A DNA stretch of 64,000 nucleotides, from contig JAIVFI010000008.1 in the NCBI GenBank assembly GCA_025558095.1, forward strand, positions 1 to 64,000, written 5' to 3'. Below are positions 10,303 through 21,444 of the stretch, piece by piece. The stretch's first letter is position 1; every line of letters starts with the position of its first letter. The DNA is from Hyaloraphidium curvatum SAG 235-1 (taxonomy: Eukaryota > Fungi > Monoblepharomycota). A program made the translations under genes and the position numbers. The notes below the pieces were generated by a model that saw nothing but the letters and a program-made list of their open reading frames with translations, was not told the origin of the DNA and did not search any database.

Positions 10303-11665
10303 GCGAGGTGCTTGTGCACGGTCCTCCATGGAAACATTCTACTTCTGAGCACATGATAGAGCATCGCCAGATCCGATCCGGCCGGTCCGGCGCCCCCACA
10401 ACCTCCTCGGGCCCGGCACGAGCGCGAGCGCAGGGAACAGCATTCGGAGGATCCGGGGCCTTCGGCTTTGGAAGTCTTTCAGGTTCCTCTACCGCGATGG
10501 GGGGCGACGGCTGGGTCGCTGAGAGCTTGCCCTGCATTACTACTGCGGAGCGTGTGGGGACTGGGATGGCCTGCAAAGGCGCTTCGCAGTCACGAAGGCA
10601 GTCGTGCCGATCCCCCCGCACGTGGGACGACGGGCAGCCGGCCTCACCGCCGTCGCTGGATGCCATCAGATGCAAGCTCGTACCGTACCGCAGTCGCCGA
10701 CGCCTCCACGCGCCAGCCTTGACACCGCGCCGCAAAAGGAAGATGCTTACTTGTGGAGGCGGATTCCCCGCAGGAGGATCAAAACCGTTGACAGGCCCGC
10801 CGAAAGGGCCGTTGCCGAGAGGGACCATGCGAAGGAAGGCGGCGGCGCGGTGGGTAAAGTGCTCGAGGCTGGGCTGGGGCGAGGCGGCGGCGACGACGAT
10901 CGCAGGGAATGGAAGCCCGCACCCCGCACCGACCGCTCATCGCCGTCGGCGCGGCCGCCGCGGCCGTCTGCCCACCAGTCGTCCCTGGAGGACCTTCAAC
11001 TTAACACTGCCACCAAAGTACTGAGGGCGCGAAGCGGACCCTGTTGCGGCGGCACCGCTGGGTGCCGCTTCATTGGGGGCTCCACTTTGGGCCCCCGTTC
11101 GAGCCGCGGTCGGCGTGAACAGATGACGCCATGGCTCTGGGTGCGGCCGGCGTCGGAGCCCCCCAGCTCTGGCAAGACATCCGCCGCGTCGAGCGGCTCA
11201 CGACCGGACAGGATGCCAACCGGAGCTCTGCACCCCGGACGCGGCGGACGGGTGAGGTTACGACGGCGGCACCAGAAAGTGCTGCCGCCCTCTTTGCTCA
11301 GGTCCGCCGCGTCCAAGACTACAGACACCCGCACCGGTGGATGCGGCCCGAGACCGGCGAGATGGACCCGGACACAGCACTCGGTGGGAGCACCCGACGC
11401 CTCCTTCCGGATCGTCGCCGGCAGACTGCCCCTGCCGGCAAGATTGACGGATCGTCGGGCGTCGGGAGCTCCACCGAGTGGTCCCCGGCGCCGGGGGACG
11501 GAGTAGGCAACGCTCGGGCTCCCGGAGAAAACTCCAATCCCATCCGGGATGTACGTGCAACCGTCCCCTGTGCCACAACCAGCCGGTTTGCCACCGGCCG
11601 AACGTCTGGAGTGGGGGACAAACCGCGAGTACCTTTCGTCGTCTCGGCACGGCCGCCTGCCGACG

Positions 11666-13120
11666 ATGCCCGCCGATCCCCTTCTTTCCCTGTCTGCCGC
11701 CGAAGCCGTTGCCGCGGTGCGCGACGGCCGCGTCTCTGCGCGCGAGCTCGTCCGGGCCGCGCTGGACCGCGCGCGCGCGTGCGCCGACCTCAACGCGTTC
11801 ATCGCGCTCGACGAGCGGGGCGCGCTCGCGGCGGCCGACCGGGTCGATGCCGCGCGCGCCGCCGGCTCGCCGCTGGGGCCGCTGGCCGGCCTGCCGGTGG
11901 TCGTCAAGGACAACATCAACGTCGCCGGGCTTCCGACCACCGCGGCCACGCCGGCGCTGCGCGGTTGCGCGCCGGCCAACACCGCGCCGTCCGCACGGCG
12001 CCTGATCGACGCGGGCGCCGTGGTGCTCGGCAAGACGAACTTGCACGAGCTCGCGCTGGGCGGCACGTGCACAAACGCCGCGTTCGGCGCCGTGCGGAAC
12101 CCGTACGACAGGGCGCGCATCCCCGGCGGGTCGTCGGGCGGCACCGCCGCCGCCATCGCCGCGCGCATCGCCGCGTGCGGCCTCGGCACCGACACGGGCG
12201 GCTCCACGCGCATCCCGGCCGCCCTGTGCGGCATCGCCGGGCTGCGGCCGTCGGTGGGCGACGGCGGCGGCCAGCAGCGCTACCGCGACGGCGGGGCCGT
12301 GGTGCCCATCTCGCGCACCCGCGACACCGTTGGGCCCATGGGTCGGACCGTCGCGGACGTCGCGCTGCTGGATGCTGTGGTCACCGGGTCCGCGCTGGCC
12401 GAGGAGGTCCCGCTGGCCGGCGTGCGGCTCGGCGTGCCCAAGGAGTGCTGGGAGGGCCTGGAGGCCCGCGTCGCGCGGGCCGCAGAGGCCGCGCGGGCAA
12501 AGCTCGAGGCGGCCGGGGCGACCCTGGTCGCCCTGTCGATGCCCGAGCTCTTCGCCATGGACGAGCGCGTGAGCTTCGTGGTGGCGCTGCACGAGTTCCC
12601 CGAGGACATGGCCGCCTACCTGGCCGCCAGCGGCCTCGCGGGAGCCGTCACGTACGACGCGGTCGCCGCGGCGGCCGCAAACCCCGACGTGCGAGGCATG
12701 ATCGGCCTGGTCGCGGCCTTGGCGGGTCCGTTCGCGGAGCAGTACCCCGAGGCGATGCGGGTGCACCGGCCGGCGCTGCAGGAACTGTACCGGCGGACCT
12801 TTGCCTCGCAGGACCTCGACGCGCTGCTCTTCCCGACCACGGTGCTGGCGGCGATCGAGATCGACGAGGTCCGCGGGTCGGGGACCACATCCATCGACGG
12901 CGGCCCGGAGCTCGAGACCTTCCGCGTGCTGATCCGCAACACCGGCCCGGCGAGCTGCGCGGGCCTGCCGGGCCTGTCGGTGCCCGCGGGTCTGGTCGAG
13001 GGGGGGCTGCCGTGGGGGTTGGAGATCGACGGGCCGCTGGGGAGCGATCGGAGGCTGCTGGGGATCGGGATGGCGATGGAGCGGGCGCTGGGGGCGGTGC
13101 CGCCGCCGCCGGAACCCTGA
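11666..13120 (+). CDS. Amidase-signature enzyme, bacterial indoleacetamide hydrolase/mandelamide amidase-like
   Basis: Intronless, 484 aa. VKDNI (Lys), GGSSGG, GTDTGGSTRIPA (Ser-cisSer-Lys triad). C-terminus IRNTGPAS.AGLPGLS..GLEIDGPLGSDRRLL resembles IaaH-type proteobacterial amidases. Confidence 0.85.
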   Translation: MPADPLLSLSAAEAVAAVRDGRVSARELVRAALDRARACADLNAFIALDERGALAAADRVDAARAAGSPLGPLAGLPVVVKDNINVAGLPTTAATPALRGCAPANTAPSARRLIDAGAVVLGKTNLHELALGGTCTNAAFGAVRNPYDRARIPGGSSGGTAAAIAARIAACGLGTDTGGSTRIPAALCGIAGLRPSVGDGGGQQRYRDGGAVVPISRTRDTVGPMGRTVADVALLDAVVTGSALAEEVPLAGVRLGVPKECWEGLEARVARAAEAARAKLEAAGATLVALSMPELFAMDERVSFVVALHEFPEDMAAYLAASGLAGAVTYDAVAAAAANPDVRGMIGLVAALAGPFAEQYPEAMRVHRPALQELYRRTFASQDLDALLFPTTVLAAIEIDEVRGSGTTSIDGGPELETFRVLIRNTGPASCAGLPGLSVPAGLVEGGLPWGLEIDGPLGSDRRLLGIGMAMERALGAVPPPPEP

Positions 13121-13514
13121 GGGCCGCATGCCGGTTTTGGCATCCATCCTGCCGCGGATCCCAGTGGGCCATCGGCATCCCGTTTCGACGGCCAGCTCGG
13201 GGACCTATTGTGCATCGGAAGTGTTTGGCTGGAGTGTTACGTAGAGTGTTCTTCTTGCAGGAAGGCACGCGGGTGCCTACGGGTCCGCCATCAACGGCGG
13301 CAGCAGCTGGAGCTGCCCAAGCAGCCGGCCCACATTCCAGACCAATGGCCTCTGCCTGATTTCGTCGTGCGCGGTTCGTCGTGCGCGGCCTTGAGTGGCG
13401 GGAGCTCGTGTTGGCCCTGCCGACCGGCGCCTCCTGCCCGTGGGTTCTTCCGTTGTGTCCTCGAATCCTCGTGTCTTTCGTGGTGGACACGTGCGGACGC
13501 GGGGCACCGAGGGC

Positions 13515-14760
13515 ATGCTATTCGGACGAACGCGAAGGGTGCTAGTGCTCGCGGCCTCGGATCCAGTTCCTCAGCCCGTTCGCGGTGCGGGGATGGGGCC
13601 ACCGCCGCGCCGTTCGCGGGTCATTCTCAGAAGGTCCCCCACCCGCCACCACCTCGATGCAGCGCCGGGACAGCGGCCGCCCGATGGGCCACTCGAGCCT
13701 CGGACTTTCCCTCCTCGGACGCCGCCGCGAGGCGCCCGATGGCCCGCCGTGGGCGGTCGTTGCGGTCGCGGAGGCGCTCGCGTGCACGGCGCCCGAGCTC
13801 GCGGCGCTGGCCGCCGCCGCCGCCGAGCGCGCACAGGCGCGCCCGCGCCACACGCTGACGGTCAGCCGCGCGACGCCGGCGCTGCTGAAGGACGTGTTTG
13901 CCGCGCTGGCGCTGGCCGGCCACGCGCCCCCGGGCCCCGCCGACGCCGCACCCGCCGCGGACCGCCACCTCGTCTTTGGCTTCGGCTCCTTGGTGAACCC
14001 GTGCTCGCGACTAAGGACGGTGCCCTCGGCCCACCTGGGCATGCCGGCGCTGCTCAGCGGATGGAGACGCGCGTGGAACTACCGCTGCCGCGACACGTAC
14101 ACCGCCGTCGGCATCGTCCCCGACCCGAACGGCATCGTCTCGGGCGTGCTGATCCCGCTCGCCGCCGACTCGGATCTCGCCGCCCTCGACGAGCGCGAAA
14201 AGGACTACGACCGCGTGGAGCTCCCCCGCGCTTCCCTCGCGCTGCTCCTGGACGACCCCCGCGGCGCGCCGCCGCCCGACCCCCGGGTGCGCATCTGGGC
14301 CTACGCGGCAAAAAGGGAGGACCCGCCCGACGGGGGCGCGCCGCTCGCGCAGAGCTACATCGACAGCGTGGTGCAGGGCGCCCTGTCGACCCTCGGCGCG
14401 CCGTTCGCGAGGCTGTTCCTCCGGACCACGGGGGGCTGGACCGGCACGGGCGGGGAAGTGCACTGGGTCGACGACAGGGGGATGAAGCGGGGGGCGAGGT
14501 ACGCGGGGTGGGAGGTCGACAGGGTCGACGCGGCGGCGATCGACGCGATGCTGGCGGAGGAGGTCGGCGGGGAGGTGCTGGCCGCCAGGCGGCGCGACCC
14601 GGGGTTCCTGGGGCCCGCGGAGGTGGGGCCGCCGCCGGGGGACGGGGTGGACGAGTTTGCCGAGCTCGAAGAGGTCGACGGGAACGCCGAGTTCGACGGA
14701 AACATGTCGGCGGAGGAGAGTGGTGAGGAGGGGGAATCGGAGGGGGAGCCCGACAAGTGA
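13515..14760 (+). CDS. Gamma-glutamylcyclotransferase (GGCT/ChaC-like fold) domain protein
   Basis: VFGFGSLVN motif, LDEREKDY (candidate catalytic Glu), QSYID, acidic tail. Probable intron 13585-13630 links the ATG at 13515; the start is uncertain. Confidence 0.7.
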
Positions 14761-14820
14761 AGAGACGATGATTCAATTGATAAGGCAACGCCCTGACCCT
14801 CTCCGATCCGCCGTCGCGCA

Positions 14821-15930
14821 TCACATCCTGTTGTGGCCTCGGATCAGCTCGGTTCGCCCCGCGCGGTTCCGGGCAACCCACCTCGCCTTGTGCTCGGCAA
14901 AGTGCCCCGCCACGTAGTCCTTCAAGCTCGTCGGCTTCACCTCGGGCCACAGCCTGTCGTCCCACAACTTCCTGTCGATGTACGAGCACCCCGCCGCCAG
15001 GTTCTTGGGGTAGAACAGCCCCGTCCGCGGCTTCACGTCGGCCGGGTGGCGGACCACGGTGACCTTGCGGCCGGTGAAGGACTCGTAGTGCCGGATCTCG
15101 TCGCCGGGCCGCCATGCGTCCGAGACGATGCGGACGGTGCGGTTGCGGGTGAGGGAGGGGTCGGAGGTGATCATGGCCGCGACGAACTTGGCGATCTGCG
15201 GACGGGCGGCGGCGATGAGGCCTTGAAAGAGGGGCAGCGGGCCGGCCGGCGGCCACCCACGTCCTCCCTGGCACAGCCCATTATCTCCTGGCCCCCCTCG
15301 ACGACGTTTGCCGTGGCCCCATCGGCCCCCTCCTTCCACCCGCAGATGAACTCGCTGAACAGGCAGTTCATGAAGAACCCCGTCACCAGCACGGTCCACT
15401 CCATCCCCAGCTCCTTCACGAGGGCCAGCGAAGCTGCCTTGCGCGCCAGCACGGGCCCGAACGCCTTCAATCCCCCTCCCAGGTTCTCGTCGTCGAAATC
15501 GTACCGCGAGGGGAAGAACCGCTTCACGCCCGCCTTGGCCGACGCGCGGATCAGCGCCGGCTCGCCGGCCTCGATGGCCGAGGCATCCTGCACCGCCACG
15601 CAGGAGAGGACGACCTCGATGCCTTCCAAGAGGGGTCAGGCAACGCGGGGGAGACGCGTCGGGGCGGGCACTCCCACCCTTGAGCACGGCCGCCATCCCC
15701 TCCACGTCCGCGTAGTCGACTCCGACGTACTTTGCCCCGCGCCTCTCGAACCCCTCGATCGTGCGCTTCTTCTCCCCCTCGAGCGCGCCCTTCCGCCCGA
15801 GCAGGAGCACCTCGTCCACCAGGCCCGCGGCCTTCTTCTCCAGCACGGCGTCCGCGACGAACTGCCCGATGGAGAAGCCGTTGGAGGAGCCCGAGGCGCC
15901 GGCGATGGCGACGCGGCGGTAGCCGGGCAT
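14821..15930 (-). CDS. NmrA/isoflavone-reductase-like NAD(P)-binding oxidoreductase
   Basis: VAIAGASG..G..IG, AGVKRFFPSRY, WTVLVTGFF. Introns 15623-15677, 15196-15260, 14828-14881. Confidence 0.8.
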   Translation of the reverse strand: MPGYRRVAIAGASGSSNGFSIGQFVADAVLEKKAAGLVDEVLLLGRKGALEGEKKRTIEGFERRGAKYVGVDYADVEGMAAVLKGGSARPDASPPRCLTPLGRHRGRPLLRGGAGCLGHRGRRAGADPRVGQGGREAVLPLAVRFRRREPGRGIEGVRARAGAQGSFAGPREGAGDGVDRAGDGVLHELPVQRVHLRVEGGGRWGHGKRRRGGPGDNGLCQGGRGWPPAGPLPLFQGLIAAARPQIAKFVAAMITSDPSLTRNRTVRIVSDAWRPGDEIRHYESFTGRKVTVVRHPADVKPRTGLFYPKNLAAGCSYIDRKLWDDRLWPEVKPTSLKDYVAGHFAEHKARWVARNRAGRTELIRGHNRM

Positions 15931-16642
15931 CGCGGAGGGGCGGGTGGGGGACAGTTTGCAATGCGCGTTGGCGCGGCGCCGCACGAAGTCTTCTGCCCCG
16001 GATCTCGGACGAACATTCCCGTCCGGTTTCGGAATGGATGAGCAAATCCAACGAGAAACATCGGAAAGAAGATGTCCAACGGCATCAAGTCCCCTGCTCG
16101 GCCGTGCAGCGCGCCCCGGGCGTCGTCCGTGACCGTCCGCGGCCGTACTCCAAAGCCACGGCCCCTGCTCGGCTTTCGTCCTGCGTCCTGCGCAATCGAA
16201 GGCAGCTTGCGCAGCCTGCGAGCCTACTTGCAGGGCAGAAGCCGGGCGCTCGGGCTGGCGCTCACGGTCCGGTCCAGACTCCAGGACGCGGAACTCGTTC
16301 GGAATCCAAGGGCGGAGCCCTCCGGCGCCGCCGATGCCGGAAGCCTCCCGCGTCCAAGATCCTGGTTCTCCAGCTATGGGCGCCCGGAAGCTTTTGGGTT
16401 CGGCAAGATAAAGTACTATGGTCCCTTCGGTTTGCGGGTCCCAGCGTCCGCTGCCCCCGACACCATTCGGTGCCTGTGTCAGCAGCGGAATGCGATGCTG
16501 GCGGTGCGAAGTGGTAGTGTCGGGTGCTCAGAAGCGAGTGCGCAGGGCAGCAGATAGATCGTGTCCGCATCCCTTTCCGCGAGGTGACTCCGAACGGCGA
16601 AATCCTGTCCGGTGGTGAGCCCACCGGACGCGGCGAAATTCC

Positions 16643-17640
16643 TACTACATTCTGGGACAGTGCTATGCGAAGGGCACGGGCGTCATCAAGGACCTTGCCG
16701 AAGCTGCGAGGTTCTACCGTTTCGCCGCGGACGAGGGGTACCAAGGAGCTCAGTTCGAGCTGGCTCGTCTGTTGAGGGACGGCAAGGGCGTGCCTCTGGA
16801 TCACCGCGAAGCTGCGCGGTATTTCCGGATGGCGGCGGAAGAGGGTCACGCTCGGGCGCAATGCGAGCTAGCTCTCATGCTGAAGAACGGCACGGGCGTG
16901 GCATTGGACCTTTCCGAAGCGTCGCGCTGGCTTCGGAGGGCTGCGGAACAGGACCTGGCAAAGGCACAGTGCGAGCTCGGATGCCTTTGCGCGAAGGACG
17001 GGGGCTCCCCCTAGGACCTTGTCGAAGCCGTGCGCTGGTTCAGGCGCGCGGCGAAACAAGGCCATCTGGCCTCGCAGTTCAGGCTCCCCCTCTGCTTGAA
17101 ACGGGGAACCGGGGTGGCGAAGGACGAGGCCGAAGCCGTGCAGTGGTACCGCAAGGCTGCCGATCGCGGCCATCCGAGCTTGCAGTTCAACCTGTACCTC
17201 TGATACAGGTACGCGGAGGGCGCGGGCCGGGATCTCGCCGAAGCTGTCAGGTACCTTCGGATGGCCGCCAAATCGGGCCACGTCGGATCCATGGACAGCC
17301 TCGGCACTATGTTCGCGGACGGGAACGACTTCATCGATACCGACCAGTGCGAGGCCGCCCGCTGGTTCCGGATGGCGGCGGATGCCGGTCTCTCGGCGGC
17401 GCAAAACCATCTGGGAGCGTGTTTCGAGCACTGATGGGGCGTTGACAGGGACCTGCGCGAAGCGCTGGCTTGGTACCGCGAGGCGGCGGAGCAGGGTTCC
17501 GAGGAGGGTCTCACGGAAGCCGGCCGCATCACTTCGATTCTGGTGAATCTGCGGCGTTGCGCCGGATGGAAGACAAAGACAAGGGCTCGATGAGTGTGTC
17601 GCCTTCTGCTCACTAAAGAATGCGCGGACAATGCCCGATT
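16643..17640 (+). pseudogene. Sel1-repeat (SLR) protein pseudogene, with a probable degenerate C-terminal MYND finger
   Basis: About 8 Sel1 repeats (LG.CY..G.GV..D..EA..WY..AA..G) in one frame, broken by TAG 17012 and TGA 17201, 17432, 17591. No convincing start codon. Confidence 0.8.
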
Positions 17641-17786
17641 GTTGGTACGCCGTCCGGGCGCAGTTCCGTCCGCCGGAAGTTGCATCCCATCGCAGTCCTC
17701 GTCCCCGCCAATGGATCCATATCCAGCTCCGAGCCGCAAGCAGACGCAGACGACGTCGACTAGAGTTCTATTCAGCGCGACGAAGT

Positions 17787-19052
17787 TCACGCCAGGTAGG
17801 CCTCGTAGTGTGCAAACAGCGCCGCCGCAACCTTGGCCGCGGCATCCGCCAGCGCCGCCGGCCCGTTCAGCCGGAAGTCTGACCCCAGCTCCAGCTGCAC
17901 AGCATCGATCCCGGGCGGGCGCTGCGCGATGAACGCCCCCGTCGCGCCCGTCGCGGGATCGTACTCGTAGTCGTGACCCATGGCCAGCGACATGTTCTGG
18001 CTGCCGTAGCGCTGCACGATCCATCCGCCCGCGAACTTGGTCTCGTCGAGGCCCGCGGAGCCTGCGGGGATGACGGAGACGCCCTGGGATTCGAGGCTGC
18101 CAAACACGGAGCTGGGGGAGACGGCCAGGGCGTCGGGGCCGTGGGCAGCAAGCAGGGCCGAAACCGTCCTGCCGTCCTGCGTGCCGCGGAAGATCGCCGT
18201 CACGTTGTCATTCTGCCCATGGAGGTCGGCCAGGAGGCCGGTGCCGGAGGCGGCGCGGCAGGCGGCGACGGCGGATGCGATGGCGCCGTGGAACGATGCG
18301 TACGCGGCTCCGGCGGCCTGGAGTTGCAGCGACGGTGGGGGTGTCAAGAGCGGTGTGGCGCAATTGAGCTGCAGCTCGTACCTCGTTCTCGTAGGCATTG
18401 ATCCCCGGGGGCCGGTTGGCATCGCAGAACTTGCGGGCGAACCTCGCGATGGCGAGGTGCGGCTTCAGGAGCCCCGGCTGATCCAAGTCCACGGTCGCCG
18501 GGTCGATATTTGAGTTTGGGTTGAGCAGCACGAGCAGGTTCTCAAAGACGAGCTCCGCGAGGCGGTCCGTCTGGCTGTCGCGGGTGGTGACGAAGTCCTC
18601 GACCTGCGTCTGGTTGCGCTCGGGCACCGTGCCCGCCCCGTCCGGGATCGATCCGGTGCCACCGTGCGGGGCCGTGACGACGATGGGAACGTTGCCCTCG
18701 ATGTGCGTGAGGAGAGCGACCTGGTCCCACTGCCACGGGCGCGGAACAGGGGTCGTCGTTGCCGTCCGGGTGCGCGAGGTCGTGGTGGTGCGGGTCCGGC
18801 TCGTGGTGGTCGTACGCGTGCGCGAAGTGGTGGTCGTGCGCGTCCGCGTCGAGGTCTGGTAACCGGAGGGCGGGGTTAGCGAGGATGCGGAAGGGACGCT
18901 GGTCCGGTCTCCACCTCGGCGTCGCGCTCCCACACGCGGTGCTCCAGGGGGAGTTCGAGAGGGGCGGCCGACGTGCCGGCAATGACTCCGAGGAGGCAGA
19001 GGAGGAGCAGCACGGCAAGGGCCGCTGCAGCGGAGAAGGAGCGCGTGGCCAT
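17787..19052 (-). CDS. Secreted N-formylglutamate amidohydrolase-like (Zn-carboxypeptidase fold) protein with Thr/Arg linker
   Basis: Signal peptide MATRSFSAAAALAVLLLLCLLGVIAG; APHGG, RD..TD, DANR, DLHG, IDAVQLE motifs. Introns 18856-18914 and 18318-18381. Confidence 0.75.
18765..18855 (-). repeat. Imperfect 24-bp coding tandem repeat, (TTTTSRTR)x3
   Basis: Translation TSTRTRTTTTSRTRTTTTSRTRTTTTSRTRTATTT. Confidence 0.85.
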
Positions 19053-19938
19053 GTCTTGCCGCTGCGAGTACGATGCGAGGCATAGTTGGGGACCCGCCCC
19101 TTTAATCCCGGGGCCTCGCGTTCCGCAGCTGTGGCGTCTCACTCACGCCCGGATCTTCCGCCCGCTTTGGCGGTGCCACGGAGGTTTGCGAGGGGTTAGG
19201 CCATTTTTAGGATCGCTGTGGCGGGCGGTGCTGCTGTCCCTAGGACCCTCCCGCGATGGTGTTTCAGGACCGAAATGCTGCGAAAAACATTGGCCAAGTC
19301 GGTTCCGTGACGCGGAGTGAAGAGCCAGCAACCGAAGCATTCAGGAGCGCCGGTCTCCCGGGTCTTCCTTGCAGAGATGTCCTTCCCGCCGCCTGGCCAG
19401 GATCTTCCGCCCCCCGTGCGATAGTAGGGCGCGGCTGAGCAAAGTTGTGCACGACAGGGGCGAGTGGCGCTTAACGCAGAACTGATTGGATAGACTTCAT
19501 TGGAGACTCAACGAAAGAATTTCAAGATTTCTCGGGTTGCCCGCGCGCTCCGCCCGAAACCCGAGACCTCCAACGCCAGACGCTTCATGACCAACAGATG
19601 TTCTTCGGGATTGTCCCGCTCCCTCCGACTTGGGCGATCGGTAAGCCGAAACGGTTGCTCTCCACCATATTCTACTCGCCCACCTACATCTCGGATACCC
19701 CGCACTCGGCGGCTCCCCTACGGGCGGCTTCGACCCGGCCAGGCGCCGGTCATCAACGACTGCAGGTCGGGTTAGACAGATGGTCAATGAGTTGATGCCG
19801 ATTTTCCGACGCCGCAAAGACGCCGGGTTCAGGCAGAAGCCAGCTCCGGCCCGCCGGGTCAACCGAAGACCCGTTTCCCGCAGCGGCCCGACCCCACCGG
19901 CCTTCAATCTCCCGCACGTCTCCACACGCTCCCCCGCG

Positions 19939-21277
19939 ATGTCTTCAGCGCTGCAGCTCGCCACGCGCTACGCCGTTCCCGCCATTGCCGCGCTCGCGGG
20001 GCTGTACGCCGTGCGCCGCGCCCTGCGCCGTTCGCCGGCCCCCCCCGCGGGAGCGGTGGTCGTCGTGACCGGCTGCGATTCCGGGATCGCGCTCGCGTGC
20101 GCGAAGCAGCTGGCCAACGAGATCGGCAAGGATGGCAAGCCCGCTTACAGGGTGCTCGCCGGGTGCCTGACCGCCAAGGGCCGCGCGGACCTGGACGCGC
20201 TGGGCCTGCCGAACCTGGTCACCTTCGACCTGGACGTCACCAAGGACGAGAGCGTCAAGGCGATGGTCGATTTTGTCGACAAGGAGTGCGGCGACAAGGG
20301 GTTGTTCGGGCTGTACAACGTCGCGGGGGTGCTGGGGGGCAGCGTCGTCGACCTGACCCCGCTGGCCGAGTTCCGCCGCGTGATGGAGGTCAACTTCTTC
20401 GGCGGTGGGTTCCTTCCTTGCCGGCGCCATGTCGTGAACCCGATCTGACCTTCGGTGCCCCCCCATTCCCGCCACCAGTGGTCCGCTGCATCCAGGGCCT
20501 CTACCCGCTCCTCCACAAGAACGCCCACCTCGCCCGCCTCGCCACGCTCCGCGGGAACCCCACCCTCGGCCCGGCTATCATCACCGTGTCCTCCGGCGCC
20601 GCGGAGCTCCCCTGGCCCGGCTCGTCGCCCTGTGCGTCCCCCGCCGCCGTCCCGGGCCCCCTCGTTCTGATCTGTGATCCCCCCGTCCAGACCCGTGCTC
20701 CAAGCACGCCGTCAAGGCCCTCCTCAACTCGCTGCGCGCCGAGACCGCGCACCTCGGCTTCCGCATCGTCGAGATCAGGCCGTTCGTGGTCAAGACCAAC
20801 ATCGGCCCGACGGCGGACGAGGCCGGGTACAGGAAGATCGTCGATTCGTTCACGGGCGCGTTCGGCGTGCCGGCACCGGACGGGGAGAAGAGCGATCCGT
20901 TCGGGAGGGAGAACCCGCTGAACCGCTACAGGGGGGGCGCCGAGGCGCAGGCCGACCTCATCATGAAGGCCATGAAGGGCGCCAGGCCCGAGACCTACAT
21001 GACCCCCGAGTTCGTCGCGGCCAAGATGCACGCGGAGCTCGTGTCGGAGAACCCGCGGACGGCGGTCGTCGTGGCGCACAGGTTCGGCGAGTGGATGGTG
21101 TACTTCTGGGTGCGGTTCCTGCCGGACAGCTTCGGGAGGATGATGGCGGCGGGGTTCGCCAAGGGAAGGGCACCTTTGCTCAGGGACCTGGTGGCGGAGG
21201 GGGTGGGGTTGGAGGGGGGAGAGGTGCAGATGGTGGATGTGGGAGAGGTCAAGGCGAAGGAGCTGGTGGCGGCGTGA
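19939..21277 (+). CDS. SDR, retinol/17beta-hydroxysteroid/hydroxybutyrate-dehydrogenase-like (paralog A)
   Basis: TGCDSGIA, EVNFFG, YPCSK. Introns 20405-20478 and 20632-20690; N-terminal membrane anchor. Confidence 0.85.
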
Positions 21278-21444
21278 ACGTGGACGGGTCGATTGGGGAA
21301 CTACCCCGCGGAGCGTGCCTAGAGAGCGTAGATGTGCTGCGATTGGCCACAAGTACATTACGTGAGCGAGCACATTTCAGACGTCGGAGGCAGTTTCAAA
21401 GTGCAGTAGCATTCCCGTGAGGGCACCTCCTGGGGAAATCCAAA

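Noticed and set aside
11666-13120. Bacterial contamination or chimeric contig explaining the bacterial-like genes
   Set aside because: They are interleaved with intron-containing fungal genes, share their codon style, and two of them (GH110-like, FGase-like) have spliceosomal introns. Read-level confirmation is still advisable.
17201-17203. TGA at a Cys-consensus position of a Sel1 repeat, suggesting selenocysteine or a variant genetic code
   Set aside because: The same frame has a TAG and a TGA at a Gly position, other genes end normally on TGA/TAG, and I saw no SECIS-like element; pseudogene decay is simpler.
16643-17640. RIP-like mutation as the cause of the stops
   Set aside because: The region remains GC-rich and two stops need transversions (TGC>TGA, GGA>TGA), not C>T transitions.
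18765-18855. Short periodic repeats here and at 41930-42060 as CRISPR-like or minisatellite elements
   Set aside because: No spacers; both are codon-phased repeats inside proteins.
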